Origin: an uncultured Actinomycetes bacterium
Lineage (GTDB): Bacteria > Actinomycetota > Thermoleophilia > RBG-16-64-13
Assembly: GCA_963784835.1 (NCBI GenBank)
Contig: CAWASM010000005.1
Coordinates: 70,795 to 134,794, forward strand
Length of the DNA stretch: 64,000 bases
Direction of reading: 5' to 3'
The first letter of the stretch is position 1. The number at the start of each line of letters is the position of its first letter. Made by a program: the position numbers and the translations under genes. The notes beneath the pieces were generated by a model, which saw only the letters and a program-made list of their open reading frames with translations, was not told the origin of the DNA and searched no databases. Below are positions 20,070 to 30,400 of the stretch, piece after piece.

Positions 20070-21945
20070 TTGACAAATCAGCGCGACTACGATCAGCGTA
20101 AGCGCGGCCCAGCGAAGCGCCGCACACGGCGACCGAAAGCGAGCTTGGCAAGACTTCGCGCACTGATCATCACCGGGATACTCATCGCCATCGTGCTGCT
20201 GGCCATCCTAATCGACGCCGGAGTCTACTACAACAAGATCCACTCCGGGGTGAAGGTATCTCAGCAAAGCGTGGGAGGTCTCACCCGTGACGAGGCCACC
20301 GCCCTTCTCGAGCGGTTCGTCAAAGAGGCTGGGAAAAAGCCCATCACCCTCACCAGCGGCGACAAGACCTGGGAGGTCTTGCCTGCGGACGTGGGCACCG
20401 AGATCGACGTCGCGGGGGCTGTGTCGTCCGCCATGGGCTACACGCGCGACAGCAACTTCTTTGCCGATGTGGCCAGACGGCTGAAGTTGTATTTCGGAGG
20501 CACCGACATCCCTCTCCAAGGCACCGTCGACAGCGAGAAGATGGATGCTGCGCTGGCGATAGTCGCCGCCGAGCTTGACCATCCGGCTGTCAACGCCGGA
20601 CTGAAGGTGGTGGACGGCGAACTCCAGGTAGTCGATGCCGCGAACGGCATGGTGGTCGATCAGGACGCCCTGCGGGAGCAGTTGAAGGAACTTCTGTTCA
20701 CGCTCCGCTCCGGCGACCTAGACGTGCCTATGATCATCAAGAAGCCGACCGTGGTAGCCGAAGACAACGAGGCGGCCAAGGGTCAGGCGCAGATGATGTA
20801 TTCGTCGTCTCTCCAACTGACGAGCGGCGAGCACACGTGGACGTTGTCCCCTGACAAGATCGCCACCTACCTGGATTTCCGGGCCGAAGACCAGAGCGGG
20901 GTCTCCACTCTGGTGCCCGTACCTGTCGTCTGAGAAGATGGCCGCGTTTTTCAAAGAGGTCTCCGGCGTCGTGGTGACCAAGCCAGTCAACGCCACTTGG
21001 AAGAGCGACGGCACTCAAGCCTGGGTCGTCGACGGAGTGCAGGGCAAGGGACTCGACGCCGAGAAGACAGCCGAAGCCCTCACGGTCGCTGCGTTGGGGG
21101 CCGGCGAGCGCACGGCGGAAGCGGTGCTCAAGACCACCGACCCCGACCGCACCACCGAAGAAGCCAAAGCCATGGGCATCAAGGACAAGCTGGGCGGATT
21201 CGAGACCACCTACGGCGGCACCACCAACCGGCAGCAGAACGTCCGCATGGCCACCAAGTATGTCAGTGACGAGCTTCTGGCCCCCGGTGAGGAGTTCAAC
21301 TTCATCGACACGATCGGCCCCCGAACCGCCGAGCGGGGGTTTTTGACCGCACCCGGCATCGTCGGGCCGGGCAAGTTGGAGGACGTCTATGGCGGCGGTA
21401 TCTGTCAGGTCTCCACCACACTCTTCAACGCGGCCCTCAAAGCGGGGCTCAAGATAACCGAGCGCCGAAACCACTCCATCTACATCGACCACTACCCCAA
21501 GGGCAGAGATGCCACGGTGAGTGACGTGAGCCCCAACCTCCGTTTCGTGAACGACACCGGGGGCTACATCCTCATCCGGGGCTCCTCAGATGGGGTGGTC
21601 ACCGTCTTCAGTATCTACGGCACCTCCGACGGACGCACCGTCGACCTCCAGACGGGCGAGTTCTACAACCTCGTCACGCGCGGTTCCGTCACCACCAAAG
21701 ACCCGACTCTGGGCACCGGGACCACCTTGATCAAGACGGAGGGCCAGGACGGCAAGCAACTCCTGGTCACCCGCACCATCACTTGGCCCGACGGCAAGAA
21801 GAAGGTGGACAAGTTCTACAGCACCTGGCTGCCCATCGACAAACAGATCGCGGTGGGCACGGCGACCACCACGACGTCCACCACCCTACCCTCGACAACC
21901 ACCACCGCCACGTCGGTGCCGGCCACCACTACGTCGGCTCCCTGA
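20070..21945 (+). CDS. VanW/YoaR-family envelope protein, paralog 1; one frame break near 20912
   Basis: N-terminal TM segment, then the VanW core GGGICQVSTTLFNA and HSIYIDHYPKGRDATV, with a Thr-rich tail. An extra C in the run at about 20910 splits it into ORFs 20070-20933 and 20938-21945. The shifted frame reads PYLSSEKMAAFF and matches paralog 2. Confidence 0.85.
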
Positions 21946-22054
21946 CACCCGGCAAATGCGCATGCAGGACGGGCGGCACGACTGGGGAAACCTTTTTGAA
22001 GTTAGTTACATCTGGTACCTTGTACCATCCTCGACTTCAGGAGTGTGATCGCTT

Positions 22055-23969
22055 TTGAACATTTATGAAACCGGCCGGCCCGAGTCAGGGTCCTCGCGGT
22101 CTCGCGGTCGCATGTTTCGCTTGGGCCCTGTCTGGACACGCGTTCTCATAGCTGTCGGCGCAGTGGTGCTGGTCTTCGGACTGGCCCTTCTCATCGAAGC
22201 CGGCGTCTCTCACAACAAGATCCATTCCGGCGTCAGCATCGCCGGGCAGGACGTGGGCGGGCTCACCCGGGACGAAGCGGTCGCCGCCGTCAACAAGTAC
22301 CTGAGCCAGATACAAAGCAAGCCGATCACGGTGTCCAGCGGTGACAAGACCTGGAGTATCCTGCCGTCCGACCTGGGTGCCCAGACCGACATCCGAGCCG
22401 CCGTAGCCTCCGCATACGACCTCACCCGGCAGAGCAACGGTTTTGTCGATCTGGGGCGGCGATGGAAGCTGCTCTTCAACCATCAGGACTTCCCGCTGAC
22501 GGGCACCGTCGACAGCACGAAGGTGGACGCGGTGGTAGCCGGGATAGCACAGGAACTCGATCAACCCGCTGTCGATGCTGTCCTGAAGATCAACGGCGGG
22601 CAGATGGAAGTGGTGGACGCCCAAGAAGGCCGCGCCGTCGACAGGCAGGCACTCAGCCAGCAGTTGAAGGACCTAGTGTTCGCGTTCAAGACGGCCAAGG
22701 TCTCCGTTCCGGTAGGCGTCACCACACCTTCCCTGCAGGCCTCCGACCTGCAGCCGGTCATGCAACAGGCGCAGTCCATGGTGGGCTCCCCGGTGCAGGT
22801 CACCCGTGGAGATCAGTCTTGGACCTTGACGCCGGAGCAGTTGACCACCTACTTGGACGTGCGGCAGGAAGACAAGAACGGCACCACTAATTCTGTACCG
22901 TTCCTCTCCGGCGACAAGATGGGCGACTTTTTTGCCCTCATCGAGCCATTGGTGGCCACGAAGCCTGTGAATGCCCACTTCACTCACAACGGCACCAAGG
23001 CTTCGGTCGTCCCCGGCGTTGACGGAGAGAAGCTGGACGCGGCAAAGACGGCCGAGGCGATATCCGCCGCATCCTTAGAGGCCAGCGGCCGTACGGCCGC
23101 GGTGGTCGTGACAGCCGCCGAGCCAGACCTCACCACGGCTGAGGCCGAGGCGATGGGCATCACAGACCTCCTGGGAAAGTACAGCACAGAATACTCGGGG
23201 CACCTCCAACCGCCGGCAGAACGTCCGCATGGCCACCCAGTACTGCAGCAATATCCTCATGGCTCCTGGGGATACCTTCGACGTCGACAAGCAGATCGGC
23301 CCCCGCACTGCAGCCCGCGGTTTCTTGACTGCTCCCGGCATCGTCGGCCCGGGCAAGCTGGAGGACGTGTACGGAGGTGGCATCTGCCAGGTCTCGACCA
23401 CCCTCTTCAATGCGGTGTTCTTCTCTGGGCTCGAAGTGGTGAAACGGTACAACCACTCCATCTACATCGACCACTACCCCCAGGGCAGAGACGCCACTGT
23501 CACCGCCGACGGCAAGAACCTGATATTCCGCAACGACATGAAGAACTCCATCTGGGTCGTTGGTGAATCCACCGGCGCAGTGACCACGTTTTATATCTAC
23601 GGCACCAGCGATAGCCGCAAGGTCAGCTACACGTTCTCCGGCTTCTTCGGCCAAGTCGGTCGCACTGAGATCACCGTGAAGGACCCGACCAAACCAGTGG
23701 GTTGGTCCGACGTGGAGACCGGGGGTCAGTCGGGCAAGCAGTGCTCGGTCACGCGCACTATCACCTGGGCCGACGGCAAAAAGACCGATCAGAAGTTTGC
23801 CAGCTACTGGCCGATGATCCCGCGGAAGACCATAGTCGGCTCCGCCTCGACTGTCCCCACGACCACGGTGACCACTTCGGGTCCGCCGACCACTTCGGGT
23901 CCGCCGCCGGTCACCACGGTGCCGCCGCCGGTCACCACGATACCGCCGGTGGTCACCACGGTACCGTAG
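22055..23969 (+). CDS. VanW/YoaR-family envelope protein, paralog 2; one frame break near 23200
   Basis: Colinear with paralog 1 (HSGVSIAGQDVGGLTRDEA, GGGICQVSTTLFNA, HSIYIDHYPQGRDATV), with a Pro/Thr-rich tail. Confidence 0.85.
23871..23966 (+). repeat. In-frame tandem repeats (2 x 18 nt, then about 3 x 21 nt) encoding TTSGPP / PVTT(V/I)PP
   Basis: accacttcgggtccgccg occurs twice (23871-23906). ccggtcaccacg(g/a)t(g/a)ccgccg then occurs twice, followed by a diverged third copy. Confidence 0.9.
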
Positions 23970-24003
23970 GACCTTCGAACAGTACCCTCGCAGGAGAGTT
24001 CTC

Positions 24004-24045
24004 GGGGCTCCCGCCTGGAAAGGCGGGAGCCCTACTTCTTTCTGT
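24004..24045. terminator. Hairpin between convergent genes, T-rich on the plus-strand side
   Basis: ggggctcccgcc-tggaaa-ggcgggagccc followed by tacttctttct. It lies between the VanW-2 stop (23969) and the NTPase stop (24032). Confidence 0.55.
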
Positions 24046-24616
24046 CGTCTTGGTGGCCGCCTCTTCTGAGCAGCAGTGCCTCAATGATCCTCGCGGGTAG
24101 GCCGTCCCTGCCTTCAGTGTCGACTACGAACACCCGACTAGGCGGCGCCTCGAGACTGGTTTCCAGTTGCGCCAGCAGGCCGGGGCGACACACCACCAGG
24201 GCCGCCGCGAAGTCGCGCGAGCGCAACGCCGCGAGCGCCGTAGCCCAGCCACGACCGCCCAGCAGCTCCAGCGGGCCCACTTCGTCGACGATGAGGAGGT
24301 CACACGGAGCGAAATGGGCGAAGACCTCGTTGGCCCAGGCAAACACACCCGAGTCGAACTCCCAACTGGGCGTGAGCGGATCGGATCGCCCCGAGTCCGC
24401 TCCACGCGGCGACTGGGTACCGAAGGGTCTGTCTTCGCCGGAGCGCAGGTCGACCACTCTTGTGGGCGCGCCGGGCTCGGGCGAGGAGCGTTCGGTGAGG
24501 ATCCCGGCCACGGTCATCCGCCGACCGGCGGCTTCGCGGGCAACTTGGGCGCAGACCGTGCTCTTGCCCGAGCCCCGCTCTCCTGTGATCACGTAGATGA
24601 GTCCGTGCGGCTCCAT
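24032..24616 (-). CDS. P-loop NTPase, THEP1/DUF2478-like
   Basis: Walker A GERGSGKST and Walker B-like LLIVDEVGPLEL. Last gene of the ABC/FmdE operon. Confidence 0.7.
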   Translation of the reverse strand: MEPHGLIYVITGERGSGKSTVCAQVAREAAGRRMTVAGILTERSSPEPGAPTRVVDLRSGEDRPFGTQSPRGADSGRSDPLTPSWEFDSGVFAWANEVFAHFAPCDLLIVDEVGPLELLGGRGWATALAALRSRDFAAALVVCRPGLLAQLETSLEAPPSRVFVVDTEGRDGLPARIIEALLLRRGGHQDDRKK

Positions 24617-24654
24617 GATTGCCTGCCTTCAGGCGGACGCATCCGGCGGCGGGG

Positions 24655-25200
24655 TCAAACCTGGTAGTAGGGCCCGTAGGCGCAGGCCCTGCACAAGGTC
24701 CGGCCCTCTTGCACCACCCCGCGCGCGTCGCTCACCTTCTCGCCGCATTCCGCGCACACGACACTCGGCACCGAGTGGCCCGGCCTGTCTTCCTCGGGGA
24801 CGGTCAACTTGACCGGAGTACAACTGAACAGCTGCTCGTCGGTCCAGTCCTTCCAGAGTTCCAGCGGGTCGGTGTCCCGGCCCGCGTGCGGCACTTCAGG
24901 CCGCGGCGCGACACGCAGTGCCCGACCCGAGGCCAGATCGACGAAGGTGGCGGCCATCTTGCCGTAGTCCACCCATTTCAGGCGCCGCTTGCCCATAGTG
25001 ACGCCCGCGGTCACGCTGACCGCGTCGCTGGCGCAGCGGTCCATCTCTACGTAGACCACCAGATCCCGGTACGAGTGGGGATCGTCGATGCCCAGTTCCC
25101 GGCAGGCGTAGCGGGCAAGCCGCACTCCCATCACCATGCCGTGACAAAGGTGGCCGTGGAAGGCTTGGGCGGCGGCCAGATCTTCTTCTAGGGAATGCAT
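24655..25200 (-). CDS. FmdE-family protein with C-terminal zinc ribbon
   Basis: FHGHLCHGMVMGVRLARYA is the FmdE signature, and CAECGEKV...CRAC forms the ribbon. The start at MHSLEED (25200) avoids overlap with the SBP gene. Confidence 0.8.
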   Translation of the reverse strand: MHSLEEDLAAAQAFHGHLCHGMVMGVRLARYACRELGIDDPHSYRDLVVYVEMDRCASDAVSVTAGVTMGKRRLKWVDYGKMAATFVDLASGRALRVAPRPEVPHAGRDTDPLELWKDWTDEQLFSCTPVKLTVPEEDRPGHSVPSVVCAECGEKVSDARGVVQEGRTLCRACAYGPYYQV

Positions 25201-25204
25201 GGGC

Positions 25205-26337
25205 TCATTTGCTCCTGACGGCTCGTGCCATGAGGGTCTCCAGTTGCACATCGGTGAGTTCGATGTGGAAGAAGAGGCCATAGAAATCCCGGACTTCCGC
25301 CTTCATGTCGTACTGGTAGAGGTCCGGATAGAGCAGGTTGCCGAGCCACCGGACTCCCAAGATGCGCGCCACGCAAGGAGGACGGTCGAACCAGTCGAAC
25401 GGGCCCCGCGGTATCTGGTAGACCTGTCCGTCCTTCACGGCGGCCATGGTGGCCCACTGTGAGCCTGTGGTGATCTCGGCATAGGCCACGCTCTCCTCTT
25501 TGGGATCGCTGGCCACCAGGATGACCGCCGGGTTCCACACCAGAACCTGCTCCAGGGACACGGGCGCCATCCCATATTCCGACTGCGCGTCGACGTTGGC
25601 GACGTTCGCTCCCCCGACCAGTTCCAGCACCTCGGTGTGCTCAGAGCCCGCCGGGTCGGTGTTGAGCCCCTTGGTGCCTTCAGCGTAATACACCTTCACC
25701 CGTTGGTCGTCGGAGAGCGTGGCCGAGTTGGTCTGCGCCTCCTCGATGACCTCGTCGCAGTAGGCGGCCAATTCTCCCGCTCGTTCTTGCACTCCCAGCA
25801 ACTCACCGACGTAGCGGTAGGTCTCCCCGCTATTGACCAGGTGCCCGTCGATCATGACCACGGGTATGTTGAGCAATCCCTGAACGCGGTCGGCGTCGGA
25901 GATGGCGGCCTCATCCAGATAGCCGATGGAGAGAATGACATCCGGAGCGCGCTTGATGATCTCCTCGACGTTGCCGGTGGTGTTCTTGCCGAACCAACCG
26001 CCCAGGCCGACCGCAGACCGGTATTGCTCGGGGATGTATTCCTTCTCCAGAGCGGTGGGAGTGATGTTCCAGCCCACCAGCATCTCTGGAGCCAGCGTGT
26101 ACATGAGGTTGGTGCCCATCGGGCTTGTGCAGTACACGGTCTTGATAGAGGCGGGGATGGTCAGCTGACGACCGGCCTGGTCGGTGATGATGGTGCCCGA
26201 CTCCGAGTGTCCGTGGAGCCGGCGCTGTCGGAGCCGCAGGCGGCGACTCCCAGAGTCAGTGTCAGCACCACAAACGCGGCGACCACGACACAGTAGGTCC
26301 GCAAGACCGCACCCTCCCAAAAGCCCTTGACCCTCAC
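25205..26337 (-). CDS. Class III (FecB/BtuF-type) ABC substrate-binding lipoprotein; one frame break near 26215
   Basis: A GTG start at 26337 follows GGAGGAGG. The signal/lipobox VVLTLTLGVAACGS is in one frame and the mature Peripla_BP_2-like domain is in ORF 25205-26320. Confidence 0.8.
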
Positions 26338-26389
26338 GTCGCCCCTCCTCCGGACCGGTGCCCTGGTCCTTGCGGCTCGATTTCTCATT

Positions 26390-27137
26390 TCATCCCGGCG
26401 GATGTCGACCATCAGGCGCCGGCACGAAAAGATACCCTTGTGCGCGCCTTCCAAGCAGCGCTCCCATACGCCCGCCTTGTTCGTCACCACCGTGCCGGCC
26501 AGCAAGTCCACTCCGGAATCGAACCACCACGGGACGAGCGGGACGCTGGGCCCTACCAGCGCCACGGTCGCGCCGGCGGAGAGTTCTAGAAGACGAGGCA
26601 GGGTCTTGTTGGTGAGCGTGCTGCCGGTGATGAAGACACAGTCCTGTTGTGGCAGCACGTACTCGGCGGCAAAGTCGGGCAGGTCGCCTGCCTCTGGTTC
26701 TCGCTCAAGGATGGTGAGGTCACAGCAGTCCCGCGCCTTCTCCAGCCCCGGGAAATGACCGATGACGGCCACCTTCTTGCCCGCTATCTGGTCAAGCGTG
26801 GACGTGAAGGCGCCGGCGGATCGCAGGTCATCCAGCGGTCGCGCCAACCAGGCCTGCACCCGCTCGCGGCGCGTTGTAGTAGGCGTTGATGGCTGCCATG
26901 CCGAGCGAGGCCTGGCGCAGATCCCAGCTCTTGACGTAGGAGGCCAGCTCCCGTAGCGACCGTCCGGCGAGGGAGGAGAGAGGGCTACTCGTCGTGAGCG
27001 CCGCCCCGGTAGGTGAGAGCCATGCCCATGCCGTCAGAGTCCACGACGGTCCATGTGCTCGACCAAGCAGGCCTGGCCATCGCCTCAGGCGCGATGCCTT
27101 CGATCAGACGGTCGTAGATGTCCCAACTAGTGCTCAT
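26390..27137 (-). pseudogene. DUF4213/DUF364 (putative metal-chelation Rossmann-like) protein; at least two frame breaks, 3' end uncertain
   Basis: MSTSWDIYDRLIEG..DSDGMGMALTY (DUF4213-like) is in one frame and LRELASYVKSWDLRQASLGMAAINAYYN in a second. KVAVIGHFPGL...FITGSTLTNKTLPRLLEL...LVGPSVPLVPWWF (DUF364-like) is in a third. Confidence 0.7.
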
Positions 27138-27187
27138 GCCCGCCTTTCTTGGTCGGTTCTCTGGTCGGCGCTGTTCGTAATCCGCTA

Positions 27188-27199
27188 CAGAGTATAACG
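27188..27199 (-). promoter_or_regulatory. Second copy of the 12-mer CGTTATACTCTG (minus strand), -10-like, upstream of the DUF4213/DUF364 gene
   Basis: cagagtataacg at 27188-27199 is identical to 29161-29172. It lies about 50 nt upstream of the ATG at 27137. Confidence 0.3.
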
Positions 27200-27258
27200 G
27201 TCGCGGGCGCATCGCTGCAATAGCCCAGCGACTCTAAAGAGTCCTGGCGGCGCAGACC

Positions 27259-28026
27259 TTCAGCGTCGGATCGGTCGTCGGGGTCGACCCTCCAGTATGC
27301 GCACGGGGATGCCGTAGATGTCCTCCAGACTCGCCTCGGTGAGCACGTCGTCGGGGGAGCCCAGACGCGACCAGGCGGCCCGTCCTTGACCAGTCCCACC
27401 TTCGTGGCGCAGGCGAACGCATGGTTGGGGAAGTGCGAGGACATGAGCACAGCCAGGTCACCCTCTTGCACCAGGCTCTTGATCAACGCCAGCAGGCGCG
27501 CTTGGTTGCCGAAATCCAGATGCGACGAGGGCTCGTCCATGATGAGCACCCGCGGCTCCTGGGCCAGCGCCCGGGCGATGAGGACCAACTGGCGCTCGCC
27601 TCCGCTCAACTCGGTGTAGGGTCCGCTCTGCCAGGTCGGCGATGTCCATGCGCTCCAGCGCCGCGTGGGCCACCTCCTCGTCGTGGCGGGAAGGGCGCGG
27701 ACGTCAGGGGGATGTGGGCCGTTCGCCCGGTCAGTACCACATCGATCACATGAAAGGGGAACGGCGCCGTGTGAGCCTGGGGCACGTAGGCCATCAACCG
27801 GGCCCGCTCCCGACGCGACTGCGGCCCGAGGCTCTTGCCGTCGACGAGCACCTCCCCGCCCATGGGCTCGATGGCCCCGAGGATGGTGCGGAACAGGGTG
27901 GTCTTGCCCACGCCGTTCGGGCCGAGCAGGCAGAGGTTGTCTCCGTCGGCCACGGTGAGGTCCACGTCGGCTGAGCACCTTGCGCCGGCCATATCCGCAG
28001 GACAGTCCCCGCAGTTCAAGGATCAT
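27259..28026 (-). pseudogene. ABC transporter ATP-binding protein (FepC/BtuD type); at least four frame breaks
   Basis: Walker A LLGPNGVGKTTLF, signature/Walker B LSGGERQLVLIARALAQEPRVLIMDEPSSHLD and the C-terminus DDVLTEASLEDIYGIPVRILEG* lie in different frames. Confidence 0.8.
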
Positions 28027-29126
28027 GTCCAGGCCCTCCTGGTGCGGGCCATCAGAAGGATGAAGAACGGCGCCCCGATGAGGGCGGTGAGGATGCCAAG
28101 GGGCATCTCCAGGGGGCCGGCCAGTCGCGCGAGATCGTCGACCAAGAGCAGGTACACGCCGCCGATGACGGCCGAAACCGGCAGAAGCTTGCCGTAGTCG
28201 GGCCCCACCAGCCCGCGCGCCAGATGAGGGATGATCAGTCCCACCCAGCCGACGATGCCGGCCACGCTGACCGCGGAGGCGGTGAGAAGCGTGCAGGCTC
28301 CGATGATGATCACCCGCAGTTTGCCCGTCTCGGCGCCCATGGCCCGGGCCTCTTCCTCTCCGAACGAGAGGGGATTGAGATGCCAGCGCACAGCTAGGAG
28401 GGCTCCGCCGCCCACGACCATGGGGCCGAGCAGGATGAGAAGGTCCTGAGTGTTGATGGCCGCCAGACTGCCCATCAGCCAGAAGGTGATGGCCGGCAGC
28501 TTGTCGTACGGGTCGGCCAGCACCTTGAGAATCGAGATGAGCGAGGTGAAGACGGTGCCCACCAGGATGCCCGTGAGCACCAGGAACAGGGTGGGGTCCC
28601 CCCGGCGCAGCCGGCCGGCCAGCATGTAGGTGACGAGGACCGCGCCCAACCCAAAACCCAGCGCCAGGAACTGAGTCACGAGAATGCTCTTCGACAGCAT
28701 GATGCCGAGAGCGGCGCCGAAGCCCGCCCCGGCGGAGGCGCCCAGGATGTCCGGCGACACCAGGGGTTGCGGAACATGCCCTGATAGGCCGCTCCCGACA
28801 GCGACAGCCCAGCTCCGATCATCAGCGCAGCCGAAGATACGGGGCAGGCGCACATTCAGGATGACTGTGCTGACGTTCTCCGGGACCGTCGCGTGGGTAA
28901 GCCCCAGCTTCGAGCCGAACAGCGTGAGGATCTCGCCCACCGAAACGTGGTAGCGGCCCAAGGTCAGCGATAGAAGAAAGGCCGCGACGGGCAAGACGAT
29001 CAGGAAGGGCACCCTCAGCCGAACCAGGGCGGACCGCAGAGTGGAGGCGCGCGTTTTGGAGGAGACCCCAGCCGTTTCGACCTCCAGCGCCTCTTCTTTC
29101 GTGACCTCTGTCCGCCGCCCGGCCAT
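28023..29126 (-). CDS. FecCD/BtuC-family ABC permease; internal compensated double frame shift (about 28763-28838)
   Basis: GIVGWVGLIIPHLARGLVG and the C-terminal GAPFFILLMARTRR are typical. A 25-codon stretch reads out of frame, whereas the alternate frame gives SAALMIGAGLSLSGAAYQGMFRNP. Confidence 0.85.
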   Translation of the reverse strand: MAGRRTEVTKEEALEVETAGVSSKTRASTLRSALVRLRVPFLIVLPVAAFLLSLTLGRYHVSVGEILTLFGSKLGLTHATVPENVSTVILNVRLPRIFGCADDRSWAVAVGSGLSGHVPQPLVSPDILGASAGAGFGAALGIMLSKSILVTQFLALGFGLGAVLVTYMLAGRLRRGDPTLFLVLTGILVGTVFTSLISILKVLADPYDKLPAITFWLMGSLAAINTQDLLILLGPMVVGGGALLAVRWHLNPLSFGEEEARAMGAETGKLRVIIIGACTLLTASAVSVAGIVGWVGLIIPHLARGLVGPDYGKLLPVSAVIGGVYLLLVDDLARLAGPLEMPLGILTALIGAPFFILLMARTRRAWT

Positions 29127-29149
29127 ACCTTCTGCGTGCTCCTCTGCCC

Positions 29150-29171
29150 GTTATAGGGAGCAGAGTATAAC
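29150..29171 (-). promoter_or_regulatory. Palindrome GTTATA-N10-TATAAC flanked by C/G: ModE-box-like operator overlapping a TATACT -10
   Basis: The sequence is cGTTATAgggagcagagTATAACg. It lies 24-45 nt upstream of the permease ATG (29126) and 55 nt downstream of the ModE-like regulator gene. Confidence 0.4.
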
Positions 29172-29225
29172 GCGAAACCGCCCGCCGCAGTGACCGCGCG
29201 TCAGGCCGGACTGCCCAGCTGGGTG

Positions 29226-29605
29226 CTAGCTCTCCGGGGGAGGAGACGCCGGGGCCTTGGTGGGCTCAGGATCCTTCCAGTCGGCAAAGTGCCGCTGGAA
29301 GACCGCTTCCAGAGCCTCCTCCGCTTCGGCCGCCACCGCCCGATAGCGCGACATCAGGTCTTGGGCCTCGGGGGTCAGGTGGGAGCCCCCGCCCAGACTG
29401 CCGCCGACGCTGCGGTCGAGCAGAGCAAAACCCAGACGCTCTTCGGCCGCGTGGAGGATTCGCCACGCCTTGTTGTACGACATGCCCAGTTCCTGGGCGG
29501 CCTTGCGTAACGAGCCGCACTCCTGCACACCCTGAGAAGTCGGGCAGGGCCGTCTCCGAACGCCCTACCGCGAGAGTCAAGCCACAATTTGTACATCAAG
29601 CGCAT
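29226..29605 (-). CDS. ModE N-terminal-like (COG2005) winged-helix regulator, no Mop domain; one frame break near 29525
   Basis: MRLMYKLWLDSRGRAFGDGPARLL is in one frame. ECGSLRKAAQELGMSYNKAWRILHAAEERLG..GGSHLTPEAQ is in ORF 29226-29528. Confidence 0.7.
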
Positions 29606-29642
29606 GGCGTGGTCCGTGCTCGAAGATCCAGAGTCATCGTTT

Positions 29643-30324
29643 CTAGGCTCCGCCGCCGGAAGCTGACGGGCCGGCCTCCTGGCCGTCGGGCGGTGGAACG
29701 GCCCCCTGGCCTGGAGACGGCGTGGCAGCCGTTTGGCCGGCCGGCGGTGGCTGCGCCGCGTCGTCCGGCGCCCTGGGCGCCGGTTCCGGCTGCGGAGCAA
29801 GCGGCTTCTCGGACGCGGTGGGCGCCGAAAGGTAGGTCTCGGTGCCACAGTACGGGCACTTCACCAGACCCTTGCCGGCCAGCTCCACCTTGCCGCCGCA
29901 ATTGGGACACGTGTGGTCCTTGATCTGAGCGGCCTCCGCCGACACCAACTCTCCGCGCTCCCAGTTCACGTAGCCTCGGAAAAGGTCCTTGCCGATGATG
30001 TCGTAGATGAGCACCTTGACCTGTTCGCGGTTCACCTGGCACTCGATGGCCAGGTCGGCCACGGTCACACGCCCCCGCGTCGTGACAGCGTTCAGGATGG
30101 TTCGCTCCTTGTCGGCCTTGCTCTCGGCCTTGACCTCGCCCCGCGAGGTCAGAAGCAGATAGAGGCCCACGGCAAGGAACGGTAGCGAGAAGAGTACGAA
30201 CCCCAGGATATGTCCGGTGACGCTGCGCGTTCTGACCCACGGCCTCAGCCAGACCGGCGCCCAGCCAGCCGGCGACGCCTAGACTGACGACGATCATCAC
30301 GATCCCCATTATCCGCGTGCGCAT
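29643..30324 (-). CDS. Hypothetical 2-TM protein with winged-helix-like segment, CxxC..CxxC zinc ribbon and Pro/Ala-rich tail; one frame break near 30230
   Basis: AGGAGG lies 5 nt upstream of the ATG at 30324. TM1 is IMGIVMIVVSLGVAGWLGAGL and TM2 is ILGFVLFSLPFLAVGLYLLL, in a second frame. The ribbon is CPNCGGKVELAGKGLVKCPYCG. Confidence 0.6.
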
Positions 30325-30400
30325 GGTTGCCTCCTGGTTTCTCGGGTCCAAGGCTGGTGTCCGGCCAATCGGGTCGGCGCCAGCGTCGCATAACGATCTC

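Noticed and set aside
26338-26420. Apparent fusion of DUF364 protein and the SBP signal peptide in ORF 26161-26859
   Set aside because: A GGAGGAGG-GTG start for the lipoprotein sits inside the ORF, and alternate frames give stops at about 26385-26392. The fusion is best explained by a frame error at the end of the DUF364 gene.
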